Positions 8,439 to 18,922 of a stretch of 64,000 bases of DNA are shown in pieces; the stretch's first letter is position 1, and every line of letters begins with the position of its first letter. Source of the DNA: Candidatus Pelearchaeum maunauluense. Its GTDB lineage: Archaea; Thermoproteota; Nitrososphaeria_A; Caldarchaeales; Caldarchaeaceae. Under the pieces are notes generated by a model, which had not been told where the DNA came from, searched no databases, and worked only from the letters and a program-made list of their open reading frames with translations. The DNA is taken from contig JANVYQ010000001.1 of assembly GCA_030059675.1 (NCBI GenBank), positions 32,001 to 96,000 of the forward strand. Direction: 5' to 3'. A program made the translations under genes and the position numbers.

Positions 8439-9566
8439 TTATATCTGTGAAGCAAACTTGGCCGTCACGTCCCAAGGCGTTATTATTAGCTGTTTATCAT
8501 GCGTTACTATGCAGTGGGCTTCGCTTGTTAGGAGCGCGCGTAAAACCGTTTTGATGTCTGTTTCTTGGTTTATTATCGCTGGTCTCCGCATGTAGCGCGT
8601 CATGTTGCTTATTGGTCTTGCGAGAACCTGTTGTGGGTTTTCTCTGAACTCGTCAACGGTAGGTCTTGGAAGCAGGTAGCGCGCTATGTCGCGGTCTGTG
8701 ATTATCATATCCATATCGCTCACCAACACGCGCCTAACCCCATTATACAACATGGCCTCAATTGCCTGTGTTACGCTAGCCTTGGAGTCAACCGATACTA
8801 TGCCCTTGGTCTCGACGTCTGATGCTCTTATCCTAGGGAGGCGGTCTATTACGTGGGGCTGGGCTAGTAGTTTTGCTATGTCTATCACGCCGATGACTGT
8901 TTTGACATCATCATTCTCCAGCACGAGGGCATAGCCCCAGCGCCTCTTGTGCATCCTATGGAGAAGTGATTCCAGCGATTCCGTTGGTGTTGTAAGAAAT
9001 GCTTTCCATCCCGTTAGGTAGCTGTCTGTAGTGTATATCGTTTTCCATACACTACCTATGTCGCCGCTTATTAGTAGTGAGATGAAGTTGTAGCCTGTGA
9101 ATACGCCGTGCGCGTGTTTACCCTGGCCTAGAACCGCCAAAGCCTGAGCGTCCAGCATGGCTAAATACATAGCAGCCATTATCACTGGATCTTCACACCT
9201 AACAAAATACAACTGCTCACCAGAGACTTTCAATACATCCGATACGAAGAGGTCTGAAAATATTGACGATTTACCTGTTGAAGCTTGTCGTGTGTTGGTT
9301 CTTTGTTCATGATTTGATATATTGCGAATGTCTATTCCCATTTTCTCAGCTAGTGTGCGTGCTTTTTCCGTGAAGCTCGGCGCTCTTATCTCGGCGTGGA
9401 TAGCACCAACATCCAGGGCTTTCACTCTAATCTTGAGTATGTCAATCTCGTTGCATTCATGGTCTATAACATCAACAACACGCTCAACCTCACCATCACC
9501 TATTACTTCAGAAAACTCGTGTATAACGCCAGACCTGCCCAGCAGTCGCCGTTCGTGGATTGACAT
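8439..9566 (-). CDS. CBS domain protein with N-terminal GxSGxxH domain
   Basis: C-terminal CBS repeats (ASVTQAIEAMLYNGVRRVLV..IITDRDI; IITPWDV); N-terminal LLGRSGVIHEF. Confidence 0.7.
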   Translation of the reverse strand: MSIHERRLLGRSGVIHEFSEVIGDGEVERVVDVIDHECNEIDILKIRVKALDVGAIHAEIRAPSFTEKARTLAEKMGIDIRNISNHEQRTNTRQASTGKSSIFSDLFVSDVLKVSGEQLYFVRCEDPVIMAAMYLAMLDAQALAVLGQGKHAHGVFTGYNFISLLISGDIGSVWKTIYTTDSYLTGWKAFLTTPTESLESLLHRMHKRRWGYALVLENDDVKTVIGVIDIAKLLAQPHVIDRLPRIRASDVETKGIVSVDSKASVTQAIEAMLYNGVRRVLVSDMDMIITDRDIARYLLPRPTVDEFRENPQQVLARPISNMTRYMRRPAIINQETDIKTVLRALLTSEAHCIVTHDKQLIITPWDVTAKFASQI

Positions 9567-9709
9567 ATAGTTATTACCTTAAGAAAGCCGACGAAACTTT
9601 AGCTATAAATGTATTTGCTAAATAAGAATGGAAACTTCTCTTTTTGTGTTGATTTCTCCGATATTTAAACGCATTAAAATAAATGCAGTATAATTATGGG
9701 ATTATTGTG

Positions 9710-11113
9710 TTATGATGGTTTCCGTCTGTAGTGCTTCTGTATGTGTTCCGCCTTTATCTTCGTCAGCTCCGATTCTGGGAGCGCCGATAATATATCCCAA
9801 GCTATGTCTAGGGTTTGGTCTAGTGTACGGTTCTCGTCATATCCCTGTCTGAGGAAACGCTGCTCAAAGAGGTCTCCGAACTCCAGGTATCGTAGGTCTA
9901 TCTCCGAGAGCCCCGACCTGCCTACTATCTCGGCGAGAGCCCTTAGCTGCACAGCCCTGGCGTAGGCAGCGTAGAGCTGGTTGCTCACATCGCCGTGGTC
10001 TGCCCTTGTGCGCTTCTCCGCTATGATTCCAGGCCCCATGAGCCTGCTCAGCGACATTAGCACGTTAATCGGCGGGTAGATGCCCTTCCTGAAGAGGTCG
10101 CGGCTCAGGACTATCTGCCCCTCCGTTATGTAGCCCGTGAGGTCTGGAATCGGGTGGGTGATGTCGTCGCTGGGCATGCTGAGTATGGGCATCTGCGTCA
10201 AGCTCCCCTTCAAGCCCTTAATCCTGCCAGCACGCTCATACAGCGAGGCCAGGTCGGTGTACATGTATCCTGGATAGCCCTTCCTGCCAGGCACCTCCTC
10301 GCGCGCGGCGCTTATCTCGCGGAGCGCCTCGCAGTAGTTTGTGATGTCCGTCGTGATTACTAGGACGTGGTAGCCCTGCTTGAATGCCAGGTATTCCGCT
10401 AGGGTGAGCGCTATTCTGGGCGTAATTATACGCTCTATCGCTGGGTCGTCTGCCAGGTTTAGGAAGAGTGTGCTCCTGCTTATCGCTCCGCTCTCCTCTA
10501 GGCTCTCGCGGAAGAAGCGCGCCTCGTCGTTCTGAACTCCGACGGCAGCAAATATAACGGCGAACTCCTCCTCCTTCCCAGGGACTGTTGCCTGCCTAGC
10601 TATCTGCGCAGCGAGCCTGTTATGCGGCAGGCCTGCGCCTGAGAATATGGGGAGCTTCTGCCCCCTAACCAGGCTATTCATACCATCTATCGCCGAGATC
10701 CCCGTCTGGATGAAGTCCGACGGATACTCGCGGCGCGCTGGGTTTATCGGGTCTCCGTTTATGTCGCGGAACTCGTCAGCCAGAGGCTCTGGCAAGCCAT
10801 CCAGAGGCCTTCCCAGACCATCAAAGATTCTGCCCAGCATGTCTGTTGAGACGCCTATCTCCATAGTCCTGCCCAGGAAACGGGCCTTTGTGCCAGCTAT
10901 CCCGAGGCCCTGCGTCCCCTCAAAGACCTGTACTAAGGCTCTGCCCTCGCCTACTTCTAGAACCCTGCCCAGCCTGCGCTCTCCGTCGGCCGTCTCTATC
11001 TCCACAAGCTCATCATACGACGCGCCGCTTACACCCTGGACAACCATCAGCGGGCCCTTAACCTCCGCGATGGAGGTATACTCAACACCCGCAGCCTGTC
11101 TAGCGCGCGACAA
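9710..11113 (-). CDS. atpB: A/V-type ATP synthase subunit B
   Basis: [43 protein letters not shown]. Confidence 0.97.
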   Translation of the reverse strand: MSRARQAAGVEYTSIAEVKGPLMVVQGVSGASYDELVEIETADGERRLGRVLEVGEGRALVQVFEGTQGLGIAGTKARFLGRTMEIGVSTDMLGRIFDGLGRPLDGLPEPLADEFRDINGDPINPARREYPSDFIQTGISAIDGMNSLVRGQKLPIFSGAGLPHNRLAAQIARQATVPGKEEEFAVIFAAVGVQNDEARFFRESLEESGAISRSTLFLNLADDPAIERIITPRIALTLAEYLAFKQGYHVLVITTDITNYCEALREISAAREEVPGRKGYPGYMYTDLASLYERAGRIKGLKGSLTQMPILSMPSDDITHPIPDLTGYITEGQIVLSRDLFRKGIYPPINVLMSLSRLMGPGIIAEKRTRADHGDVSNQLYAAYARAVQLRALAEIVGRSGLSEIDLRYLEFGDLFEQRFLRQGYDENRTLDQTLDIAWDILSALPESELTKIKAEHIQKHYRRKPS

Positions 11114-11158
11114 CCCTTAAGCACCTTACCTCATGAGTGGTATGTGGCTATTTCTAGC

Positions 11159-12943
11159 TTATGCGGAGACGGGTGTCTCCGTCGCGAGTTTCCTGAAGCT
11201 CTCCTCCACGCTCCTCTCCAGCTCGTCAATCTCATGCAAGGCATCGTTCCTAACCTCGTACTTCGCTCTTATCATCCTAGCTATTATCGGCAGCGCCCTT
11301 ATGCTGCTCAGCTGAACCCCCCGCCTGAGAGCCTCCTCAGCCAGCTTGTGGAACTTCACAAAGAGTCTTAGGAGCTTGACCTGCTTGGGCGGTGGGCAGT
11401 ACGCGTCAACCTCATCGTAGGCGCTCTGCTGTAGGTAGCCCTCGCGTATCATCCTAGCAACGTCAAGTATCAGCTTCTCCTCGTCGGGGAGAGCCTCTGG
11501 GCCTAGCAGCCTAACTATCTCCAGAAGCTCCTCCTCGCGCTGGAGAAGCCTATAAGCCTCGTGGCGAAGCTCCAGCCACTCCTGGCTCACGTCAGAATGC
11601 CACCACTTGCTGACAGTCTCCACATAAGCCGAATATGATGTTATCCAGTTTATCGCTGGATAGTGCCGCGTGTAAGCGAGGTTAGCGTCAAGCGCCCAGA
11701 ATGTCCTGATGAAGCGCATCGTGTGGGTTGTCACTGGCTCTGTGAAGTCTCCTCCTGGCGGGCTCACCGCACCAACGAGTGTTACGCTCCCCACGCGCGG
11801 CGGTTTGCCCAACGTATTCACCCTCCCAGCCCTCTCGTAGAACTCAGCCAGCCTACTCGCGAGGTAGCTGGGATAACCCTCCTCAGCAGGCATCTCCTCA
11901 AGCCTCCCACTAATCTCGCGGAGCGCCTCAGCCCACCTACTAGTAGAGTCTGCAACCAGCAGGACATCATAGCCCATGTCGCGGTAGAACTCAGCCATGG
12001 TTACACCCGTGTATATACTTGCCTCGCGAGCCGCTACCGGCATGTTGCTGGTGTTAGCTATAAGCACGGTCCTCTCCATAAGCGGCCTACCCGTAGCTGG
12101 GTCGGTAAGCTCAGGGAACTTGGTCAGAACCTCAGACTCCTCATTACCCCGCTCACCACAGCCAATGTGGAAGATTACCTTGGCATCACTCCACTTAGCC
12201 AGCTGGTGGAGCGTAACCGTCTTACCCGTTCCGAATGCTCCTGGTATGCAGCCTGTTCCTCCTTTGGCCATTGGGAAGAATGTGTCTATGACGCGCTGGC
12301 CTGTTATGAGTGGTACTTCTGGGTTTAGGCGGCTCTTGAATGGCCTTGCGCGCCTGACTGGCCATCTATGGTATAGCTTCAGCTCGTTCTTGCCCTCCTT
12401 GGTCTCCACCGTCGCTATAACATCCTCTATCGTGTATTCACCTTCTCCAGCTATGTCGGTAATCTTCCCAGGCTTGGCGTCAGGTGGGACCATTATCCTA
12501 GTCTCTATCAGTGGCGTCTCCTTAACCGTCCCTATGATGTCGTTGGGCCCTACCTCGTCGCCCTTCTTTACCGTTGGTGTGAAGTGCCACTTCTTGTCGC
12601 GGGGGAGTGGGTCTACCTGTATCCCCCTCCGTATGAAGCCACTCTTGCTCACTTCGGCTATCCTGTCCAAGGGGCGTTGAACGCCGTCGTAGACGCTTCC
12701 TATCATACCAGGGCCTAGGGCTACCGAGAGGGGGAGGCCAGTCGCTATAACAGGCTCCCCTGGCTTGAGGCCGCTGGTGTTCTCATATACCTGGATGAAG
12801 GCTATGTCTCCTGTTAGCTTGATTATCTCCCCTATGAGACGCTCCTCACCAACGTAAACGGTCTCATACATCTTAGCCCCCATCATCCCGTCTGCGCGCA
12901 CAGCAGGCCCAGCTACCCAGATTATCCTACCCTTCGGAGGCAA
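11159..12943 (-). CDS. atpA: A/V-type ATP synthase subunit A
   Basis: GAFGTGKT Walker [23 protein letters not shown]; no intein. Confidence 0.97.
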   Translation of the reverse strand: MPPKGRIIWVAGPAVRADGMMGAKMYETVYVGEERLIGEIIKLTGDIAFIQVYENTSGLKPGEPVIATGLPLSVALGPGMIGSVYDGVQRPLDRIAEVSKSGFIRRGIQVDPLPRDKKWHFTPTVKKGDEVGPNDIIGTVKETPLIETRIMVPPDAKPGKITDIAGEGEYTIEDVIATVETKEGKNELKLYHRWPVRRARPFKSRLNPEVPLITGQRVIDTFFPMAKGGTGCIPGAFGTGKTVTLHQLAKWSDAKVIFHIGCGERGNEESEVLTKFPELTDPATGRPLMERTVLIANTSNMPVAAREASIYTGVTMAEFYRDMGYDVLLVADSTSRWAEALREISGRLEEMPAEEGYPSYLASRLAEFYERAGRVNTLGKPPRVGSVTLVGAVSPPGGDFTEPVTTHTMRFIRTFWALDANLAYTRHYPAINWITSYSAYVETVSKWWHSDVSQEWLELRHEAYRLLQREEELLEIVRLLGPEALPDEEKLILDVARMIREGYLQQSAYDEVDAYCPPPKQVKLLRLFVKFHKLAEEALRRGVQLSSIRALPIIARMIRAKYEVRNDALHEIDELERSVEESFRKLATETPVSA

Positions 12944-13050
12944 ACCATCACCTCACCACGTCGTCGGTTGATTTGCCATATTCAACTTTTAAGTCATTCC
13001 CCGCCTAGGGATGCGATTATAGGGGCCTAGACGTATCCCTGTAATTTCGT

Positions 13051-14418
13051 TTACTTCAATTTTAGCGGTTCAACGGCTTCTGGTGGTGAGGCGCCTAGCC
13101 TCTCCCATAGACGCTCAACAGCCCCCAGAACCTCCTTCTCGGCCTCTTCCTGCGCAACCTTCAGCAGGCGTTGATTCTCCGCTATAAGCTCGCCATCCAC
13201 GAAGACATGCGTTACGTCCCCGCCTTTTATCCCGTTGACTATGTAGTTGTATGGTGAGCCTGTGAGTGGTGTGGCCAGGATTTTGGGCCGTATTATGATG
13301 ATGTCTGCTTTCTTCCCTGGCTCTAGGGAGCCCAGCTCTCTAAGGCCATAGGCGCGGGCTGCATCCACCGTGGCCATCTCCACCATCTTCTGCGCCGAGA
13401 CAACACCAGGGTCGCGGCGCGCTACTCTGTGAAGTAGGAAGCAGGAGCGCATGTTCTCAAACATGTCAAAGACGTACCCGTCGTTCCCAAGGCTTACGTT
13501 AACACCGTTAGCCAGCATCTCTGGCAACGGCTGCACACCAACGGCGTTGAGCATGTTGCTCATAGGGTTGTGCGCGACGTTGGTCTTCGTCTCGCTGAGC
13601 AGTTTTATCTCCTCAACGCTTAGATGGACGCAGTGAGCCAACACCGCGCGCTCAGAGAGGAGACCAACATCACGCAGCCGCTCAACCGTCCTCTTACCAT
13701 ATCTCTCTATGTTGTGGTAAACGTCGTTGGGGCCTTCCGAGACGTGTATGGTTAGTGGGGCGTTGTATTTCTCGGCCGCCTCAACTCCAGACCTTATGAG
13801 GTCGTCGCTAATCGTGAATGATGCGTGTAGGCTTATCATGCCTATTGCTCTTCCTTTGTCGCCGCGTTTGAGGAACCGTATATTCTCCCCAAGGCCGCGG
13901 CGTCCCTCTTCCTCGCTTCTTCTCTCGGTTGCCTCAAATGAGATTACCCCGCGTATTCCTACCCTATTCACCGCCTCCGCTATCCTGTCCAGCGAGCCTT
14001 CTATTCCGTTGGGTGCTGAGTATGTGTCGGCGAAGGTTGTTGTTCCGCTTAGGGCGAACTCCATGCACGCCGCGAGCGCTGTTGCGTATGCGTCGTCATT
14101 ATTCAGCTTCTCGTCAAGCGGCCACCATACGCGCTGGAGTATCTGGAGGAAGTCGCTGGGCTGCTTTATGTTGAGCGCAGCCCCTCTAAGGGCTATTCCG
14201 TATAGATGCGTATGTGCGCATATCAGTCCAGGCATCACTATGCTATTACGTGCTTCAATAATCCTGTCAGGCTTTCCATAGCGTAGAACCTCATCCACTC
14301 CCCCTACTGCAGCTATCCTATCGCCCTCAATCATCACAGCGCCTCCACCCACCACGCGGCGGCCAGCATCCATGGTAACAACTAGCCCATCCCTGATGAG
14401 CGTCCTCTCGCTAGGCAT
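13051..14418 (-). CDS. Amidohydrolase, SsnA-like
   Basis: PGLICAHTHLY, DFLQILQRVWWPLDEKL, HVSEG, SLGND. Confidence 0.85.
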   Translation of the reverse strand: MPSERTLIRDGLVVTMDAGRRVVGGGAVMIEGDRIAAVGGVDEVLRYGKPDRIIEARNSIVMPGLICAHTHLYGIALRGAALNIKQPSDFLQILQRVWWPLDEKLNNDDAYATALAACMEFALSGTTTFADTYSAPNGIEGSLDRIAEAVNRVGIRGVISFEATERRSEEEGRRGLGENIRFLKRGDKGRAIGMISLHASFTISDDLIRSGVEAAEKYNAPLTIHVSEGPNDVYHNIERYGKRTVERLRDVGLLSERAVLAHCVHLSVEEIKLLSETKTNVAHNPMSNMLNAVGVQPLPEMLANGVNVSLGNDGYVFDMFENMRSCFLLHRVARRDPGVVSAQKMVEMATVDAARAYGLRELGSLEPGKKADIIIIRPKILATPLTGSPYNYIVNGIKGGDVTHVFVDGELIAENQRLLKVAQEEAEKEVLGAVERLWERLGASPPEAVEPLKLK

Positions 14419-14433
14419 CCAGCTACACCAACA

Positions 14434-15441
14434 CTATACTGATGCTATCTTCTTGATTACGTACTCGGCGTTTCCGCTCAGCGGGAGTAGTAGCGGCGAC
14501 GTGCAGCCGTGTTGCATGTATTCCTCGACCTTGGCCTTCACATCCTCAACTGTTCCTGAAGCGGTTATCAGCCTTACAACATCATCGGGAACTATCTCGC
14601 TGGCCTTCTCAATACCTCCAGGCTTAGCTGGCCAGCCCCCCATCACTTCCTGAACCTCCCTAATCAAATCCTCACTAACGCCACTGGCTTTCATGATATG
14701 CGGCTGCTGGCCCAGCGTCATGGTAACATGCTTCTTCGCCAGCTTTATCGCCTTGTCAGCATCCTCCTCCATGGAGCAGGCTATAAGCTGCGGCCTGTCT
14801 ATCTCTTCCAGCTTTCTGCCAGCCTTTGCTGCTCCCTCCCTGATGCGCTCAAGAGCCTTGTCGTTATACTGTGGTGAGACTAGGTAGTTTAGGAGCACTC
14901 CATCAGCTATCTCGCCTGCTAGGCGCATCATCTCAAAGCCTGTAGCGCCGATGTATATCGGAATATTGCGCGGCTTCTCCCCAGCTCCGTGAAGCACATC
15001 TAGGCGAACTCCACGCATCTTGACAAACTCGCCCTCGTAATCTACGGTCTCCATCCTGAAGAGCCGCCGTATAACCTCTACATACTCCCGCATACACTTC
15101 AACGGCTTCTTCCTCTCAATCCCAACCTTCCACGCCAGCGGATCCCACCAGGCGCCGAGGCCCAGCATCACGCGCCCGTCAGAGAGCTCGTCAAGCGTGG
15201 CGAAGGTCTGGGCTATGAGGGCGGCGTTCCTAGTCCATGTGTTTACCACACCAGCCCCTATCTTGATTCTCTTGGTATCGGTAGCTATCGCGGCCATCGG
15301 TATTAGGGCATCCCTAGCAAGCCTTGACTCGGCAATCCATACAGACTCAAACCCATTCTCCTCGGCAATCTGAGAATACCTAACCATCTCCCGCACATGC
15401 ATATCCTGCAAATAGAGGCCTAAGCGTGGAATTGAAGCCAT
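14434..15441 (-). CDS. LLM-class (F420/flavin-dependent) oxidoreductase, Mer-like
   Basis: GFESVWIAE, TLDELSDGRVMLGLG, IYIGATG, LAGEIADG. Confidence 0.85.
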   Translation of the reverse strand: MASIPRLGLYLQDMHVREMVRYSQIAEENGFESVWIAESRLARDALIPMAAIATDTKRIKIGAGVVNTWTRNAALIAQTFATLDELSDGRVMLGLGAWWDPLAWKVGIERKKPLKCMREYVEVIRRLFRMETVDYEGEFVKMRGVRLDVLHGAGEKPRNIPIYIGATGFEMMRLAGEIADGVLLNYLVSPQYNDKALERIREGAAKAGRKLEEIDRPQLIACSMEEDADKAIKLAKKHVTMTLGQQPHIMKASGVSEDLIREVQEVMGGWPAKPGGIEKASEIVPDDVVRLITASGTVEDVKAKVEEYMQHGCTSPLLLPLSGNAEYVIKKIASV

Positions 15442-15473
15442 AACACCAAAAACCAAACACTACGTAATAATCA

Positions 15474-15920
15474 TTACCCACGAATCCTATCAAGCTTTAT
15501 CCGCGCAATCTTGGATAAGTTCCACTTACCTTATTTATTCACCAATACATAATTCTCATCCACAAGTCTCTGAAAGAGCTTCTCAACGTATCCCTTAAAA
15601 CCTATCCTATCGTAGAGAACCCTATAACCCAGCACCAAGCCGGAGAGAAACGTACCAGGCTTTAGATTATCTTGAAACTGCCTAACATCCATTACATGGA
15701 CATCAAAGGCTCTACTTCCTCCGCTGGCTCTTAGTAGCTTTATGCTTAGCTCCGTCTCCTTAGACAGCTTCTTCTCAAAACTTAGCTCCTCATCAACAAC
15801 TACTAAAACATCAATATCGCCAGACCGTATATCATAATATACACTACTCCCAAACACAGCGACAACCAATAACCTACCCCCGAACAACTCCCTAGCGCTA
15901 CTCACTACACTGTTAAACAT
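15474..15920 (-). pseudogene. Minimal nucleotidyltransferase (MNT) antitoxin with probable premature stop
   Basis: VAVFGSSVY...GDIDVLVV; TAA at 15531-15533 followed by in-frame GKWNLSKIARIKLDRIRG*. Confidence 0.7.
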
Positions 15921-16347
15921 CTATGCCGTTTCTCCTCAGGTATGTTAGAACAGCCTCAACAACCTTCCCAGCCATTTCAATAGCGTTAGAAGATTTCTCT
16001 GCATTAACGTATTCTGACGGAGATACTACATCCTCATTCAAGATGAATGGATACCTGCTCCTAGTATAGTATTCCTGCAACTTTTCCAACGCTTCCAGAA
16101 TAATGTTGAAATTCTCCTCTCATTCATCTTGGAATATCTTCAGAAACTCGTTGGCAAGGCGTGGGCCATAATTATAGATATACTCACCCCGCGATTCAAT
16201 CATAGCCTTAACCGCCTTCTCTACCGATTGCTGAGCGAAGAAGACGGCGGATGGAAAATCACCCATACCATGCACCTTCTTAGCCCTCTCCAAGTCTTTG
16301 ATGGCCTAGCGCATATATTCGCGGGCGAATTTTCTGAATAGACTCAT
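15913..16347 (-). pseudogene. HEPN domain protein with two in-frame stops
   Basis: MSLFRKFAREYMR*AIKDLERA...AVFFAQQSVEKAVKA...DE*EE...YTRSRYP; not in the ORF track; overlaps the MNT start. Confidence 0.85.
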
Positions 16348-16367
16348 AATTCTGATGGATAAGTTAT

Positions 16368-18140
16368 CTACTCAGCCAGCCAGGGTACGAATTTCTGCTG
16401 ATTCACGTCGAATATTCCTTTGTCGGTTATTCTTGCGTGTGGGATTACTGAAAGGGTTAGTAGGTTGGGGAGAGGCATGTATGGGTGGTCTAGCACGCCC
16501 ATCTCCTTGAATGCCCTTCTCAGGTTCTTCATCTTCTCCGCTATCGTCTCGAAATTCTCCTCCGACATCAGTCCTGCTACTGGTAGCTCAATCTTTGCCA
16601 ACACCTTGGAGTTCTTTACGGCGGCTATTCCTCCTCGGCTCTCAATCACCAGCGAGGCTGCTCTATGCATGTCGCGCGTATCTGTTCCCACTACTATGAG
16701 ATTATGCGCATCGTGAGCGACTGTTGAGGCTATCGCTCCCTGTTTGATTAGGTTGCGTGCAAATCCCACCCCCCTGCCACCTGTCTTCCCATGCCTCTCA
16801 AAGACCAGCACCAACGCTATATTGTCCAGAACAAACCTGCCGTCCCTAACCTCGATCTCAACACGTCCAATTCTGGTGAGAATCATCTCTAGGAAAGCTG
16901 CGGCGGGGTTCTCAAGCTCACCAGAGTAGGAGGCGAAGTCTATCGCGTTGACGGCTACCTTACCGTTCTGTATGGGTGGCTTCACTTCAAAGTCCCTCTC
17001 GCTTAGGGCGAGGAGCTTCACCGTGTCCAGAGCTCTACGGTCAAACCTCCTCTCTGGAATCTCCACAACCAGCCGCCCATCCTTGGCCACGACCCTACCA
17101 TCTGCTATGACCATGCTAACGCTGAACTTCTCCAAGCTCCTTAGAAGAACAATGTCAGCAACCTTCCCAGGAGCTATAGCGCCTAAGTTAAACATACGCA
17201 TATGCAGCGCAGGCCTGAGCGTAGCGCTCCTAACAGCCTCTACAGGGTCCATACCAGCCTCAATAACAGCCCTGATGACGTGGTCAAGATGCCCAGTCTC
17301 GCGCAGGTTATCAGGCATAACGTCGTCTGTTACCAGGATAATGTTCCAGGGGTTTGGAAGCTTCTTAAGCTCTGCTATGAATTTCTTGACGTCTAGTATG
17401 TAGGGGCCGCGTAGTTTTAGGTACATCCCAGCCCTAAGCTTCTCTAAAGCGGTCTCTACGGTGAAGTTTTCGTGGTCTGCCTCTGGGCCTGCAGCAGCGT
17501 AGGCGTTTAGCCTAGCTCCTGAGAGGAGGACGCAGTGGCCGTCTATCACAGCCCCGCGCCTATGCCCTATCTCAATCATGCGTATCATCTTCGGGCTGTT
17601 GGAAAGAACCCCCTCATAGTCCATCACCTCTCCCAGGCCAACGATTCCATCCCAACCAAGCATCTCCTCAACATCTTCAGGCGTTATCTCGGCACCAGCG
17701 GTTACCGCCTGCGACTCCGGAACACAGGTGGGCGCGAAGAAGTATATCTTGAGCGGAAGGCCGCGGCCGTTCTCCAGCATCATGCGCACACCCTCCTTGC
17801 CAAGCACATTCGCTATCTCATGCGGGTCCGCGCATACTGTGGTGGTTCCGCGTGGGAGCACAGCCTCCGCGAACCTTGCTGGCGTTATCATGCTACTCTC
17901 TATATGGAGGTGCGTGTCTATCAGGCCTGGAACCGCTATAGCCCCGTCCCCATCTATAACCTCATCAGCATCCCGCACCTCATCACCAACATAAACAATC
18001 CTATCACGGTAAACACCAATACCAGACCTCAGTATCTCGCCTGAAAAGACGTTAAGCACATCCACATTCTTTATGAAGAGCGTCAGCCTCCTCTTCCCAA
18101 GCGCTGCCTCAATAATCTCAGAAACACTCGGCTGCGACAT
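16368..18140 (-). CDS. ade: Adenine deaminase
   Basis: PGLIDTHLHIESS, ADPHEIANV, GLGEVMD, ASTVAHDAHNL. Confidence 0.93.
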   Translation of the reverse strand: MSQPSVSEIIEAALGKRRLTLFIKNVDVLNVFSGEILRSGIGVYRDRIVYVGDEVRDADEVIDGDGAIAVPGLIDTHLHIESSMITPARFAEAVLPRGTTTVCADPHEIANVLGKEGVRMMLENGRGLPLKIYFFAPTCVPESQAVTAGAEITPEDVEEMLGWDGIVGLGEVMDYEGVLSNSPKMIRMIEIGHRRGAVIDGHCVLLSGARLNAYAAAGPEADHENFTVETALEKLRAGMYLKLRGPYILDVKKFIAELKKLPNPWNIILVTDDVMPDNLRETGHLDHVIRAVIEAGMDPVEAVRSATLRPALHMRMFNLGAIAPGKVADIVLLRSLEKFSVSMVIADGRVVAKDGRLVVEIPERRFDRRALDTVKLLALSERDFEVKPPIQNGKVAVNAIDFASYSGELENPAAAFLEMILTRIGRVEIEVRDGRFVLDNIALVLVFERHGKTGGRGVGFARNLIKQGAIASTVAHDAHNLIVVGTDTRDMHRAASLVIESRGGIAAVKNSKVLAKIELPVAGLMSEENFETIAEKMKNLRRAFKEMGVLDHPYMPLPNLLTLSVIPHARITDKGIFDVNQQKFVPWLAE

Positions 18141-18211
18141 TTTCCGACTTTCCAGTAGATGTTCTTATAAAGATTTAGGGGTCGTCTTTTTAACGCTTTT
18201 AAGTTATGTAC

Positions 18212-18636
18212 TCACTTGCGAATATCTAACCGTGTATTAAATGGTCTTTTCTGTAATTCTATCTCTATCTCTTTTTCACGGCGTGCAAACATTACATCAA
18301 CATTCATTAGCTCTCCTGCGGCGATTGTGAGGCAATCAATAAAGGATATAGCCCGCTGACATTTTAATAACACGGCTCTCTCTAAATTTCTTGCACACCA
18401 ATAACTCTTACATAACCAGAGAGGATTAATTTATCTACGATTTCCAAAGCCTTTACCCAACCTACCTTCCTGCATATAAGATATTTTAGTTCTGCCATGT
18501 TAAACTCCGTAGTTAATGCTTTAACATTATGCTCTCTTGGAAGATGCTACAATCTCCTTCCTAGCTCTGTTCCCGCGACAAGTTCAACTAAGACGCTAGT
18601 ATCAAATATTATATCGCCTCGCAATACGTTCTTCAT
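18212..18636 (-). pseudogene. PIN-domain (VapC) toxin pseudogene
   Basis: MKNVLRGDIIFDTSVLVE...TEFNMAELKYLICRK...ISFIDCLTIAAG, with an in-frame TAG and a frameshift. Confidence 0.8.
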
Positions 18637-18846
18637 CTTTTCTCCTCTCTTCATACAGTTCTTCAACACTTAATCCTGACACTGAACCCACTACAGAACT
18701 AAGCAGTTCAGGCCTCCGCTCTTCAAGGCTCATAAGATATTGTATAACTTTAGGTTAAACTTACGGCCGTACCTTTCTTGCAGTTTAACAGCTAAGCGGG
18801 TAAGCATTTCTTTTGTTGTTTTGGATATTTTTATGCTTATGGACAG
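18602..18846 (-). pseudogene. VapB-type antitoxin pseudogene
   Basis: SIKISKTTKEMLTRLAVKLQ...(frameshift)...EELYEERRKDEER; overlaps the vapC start. Confidence 0.6.
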
Positions 18847-18922
18847 CCTTATTCACCTACTATATCGTAGTTGTGTGATGCTTCATATATTTTAAAATAT
18901 GCATTTGGTATGTGAATGTTGT

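Noticed and set aside
15913-16347. Stop-codon recoding (Sec/Pyl) to explain in-frame TAG/TGA in HEPN and other broken genes
   Set aside because: Stops are of mixed types, occur alongside frameshifts in neighbouring relics, and intact genes use all three stops normally
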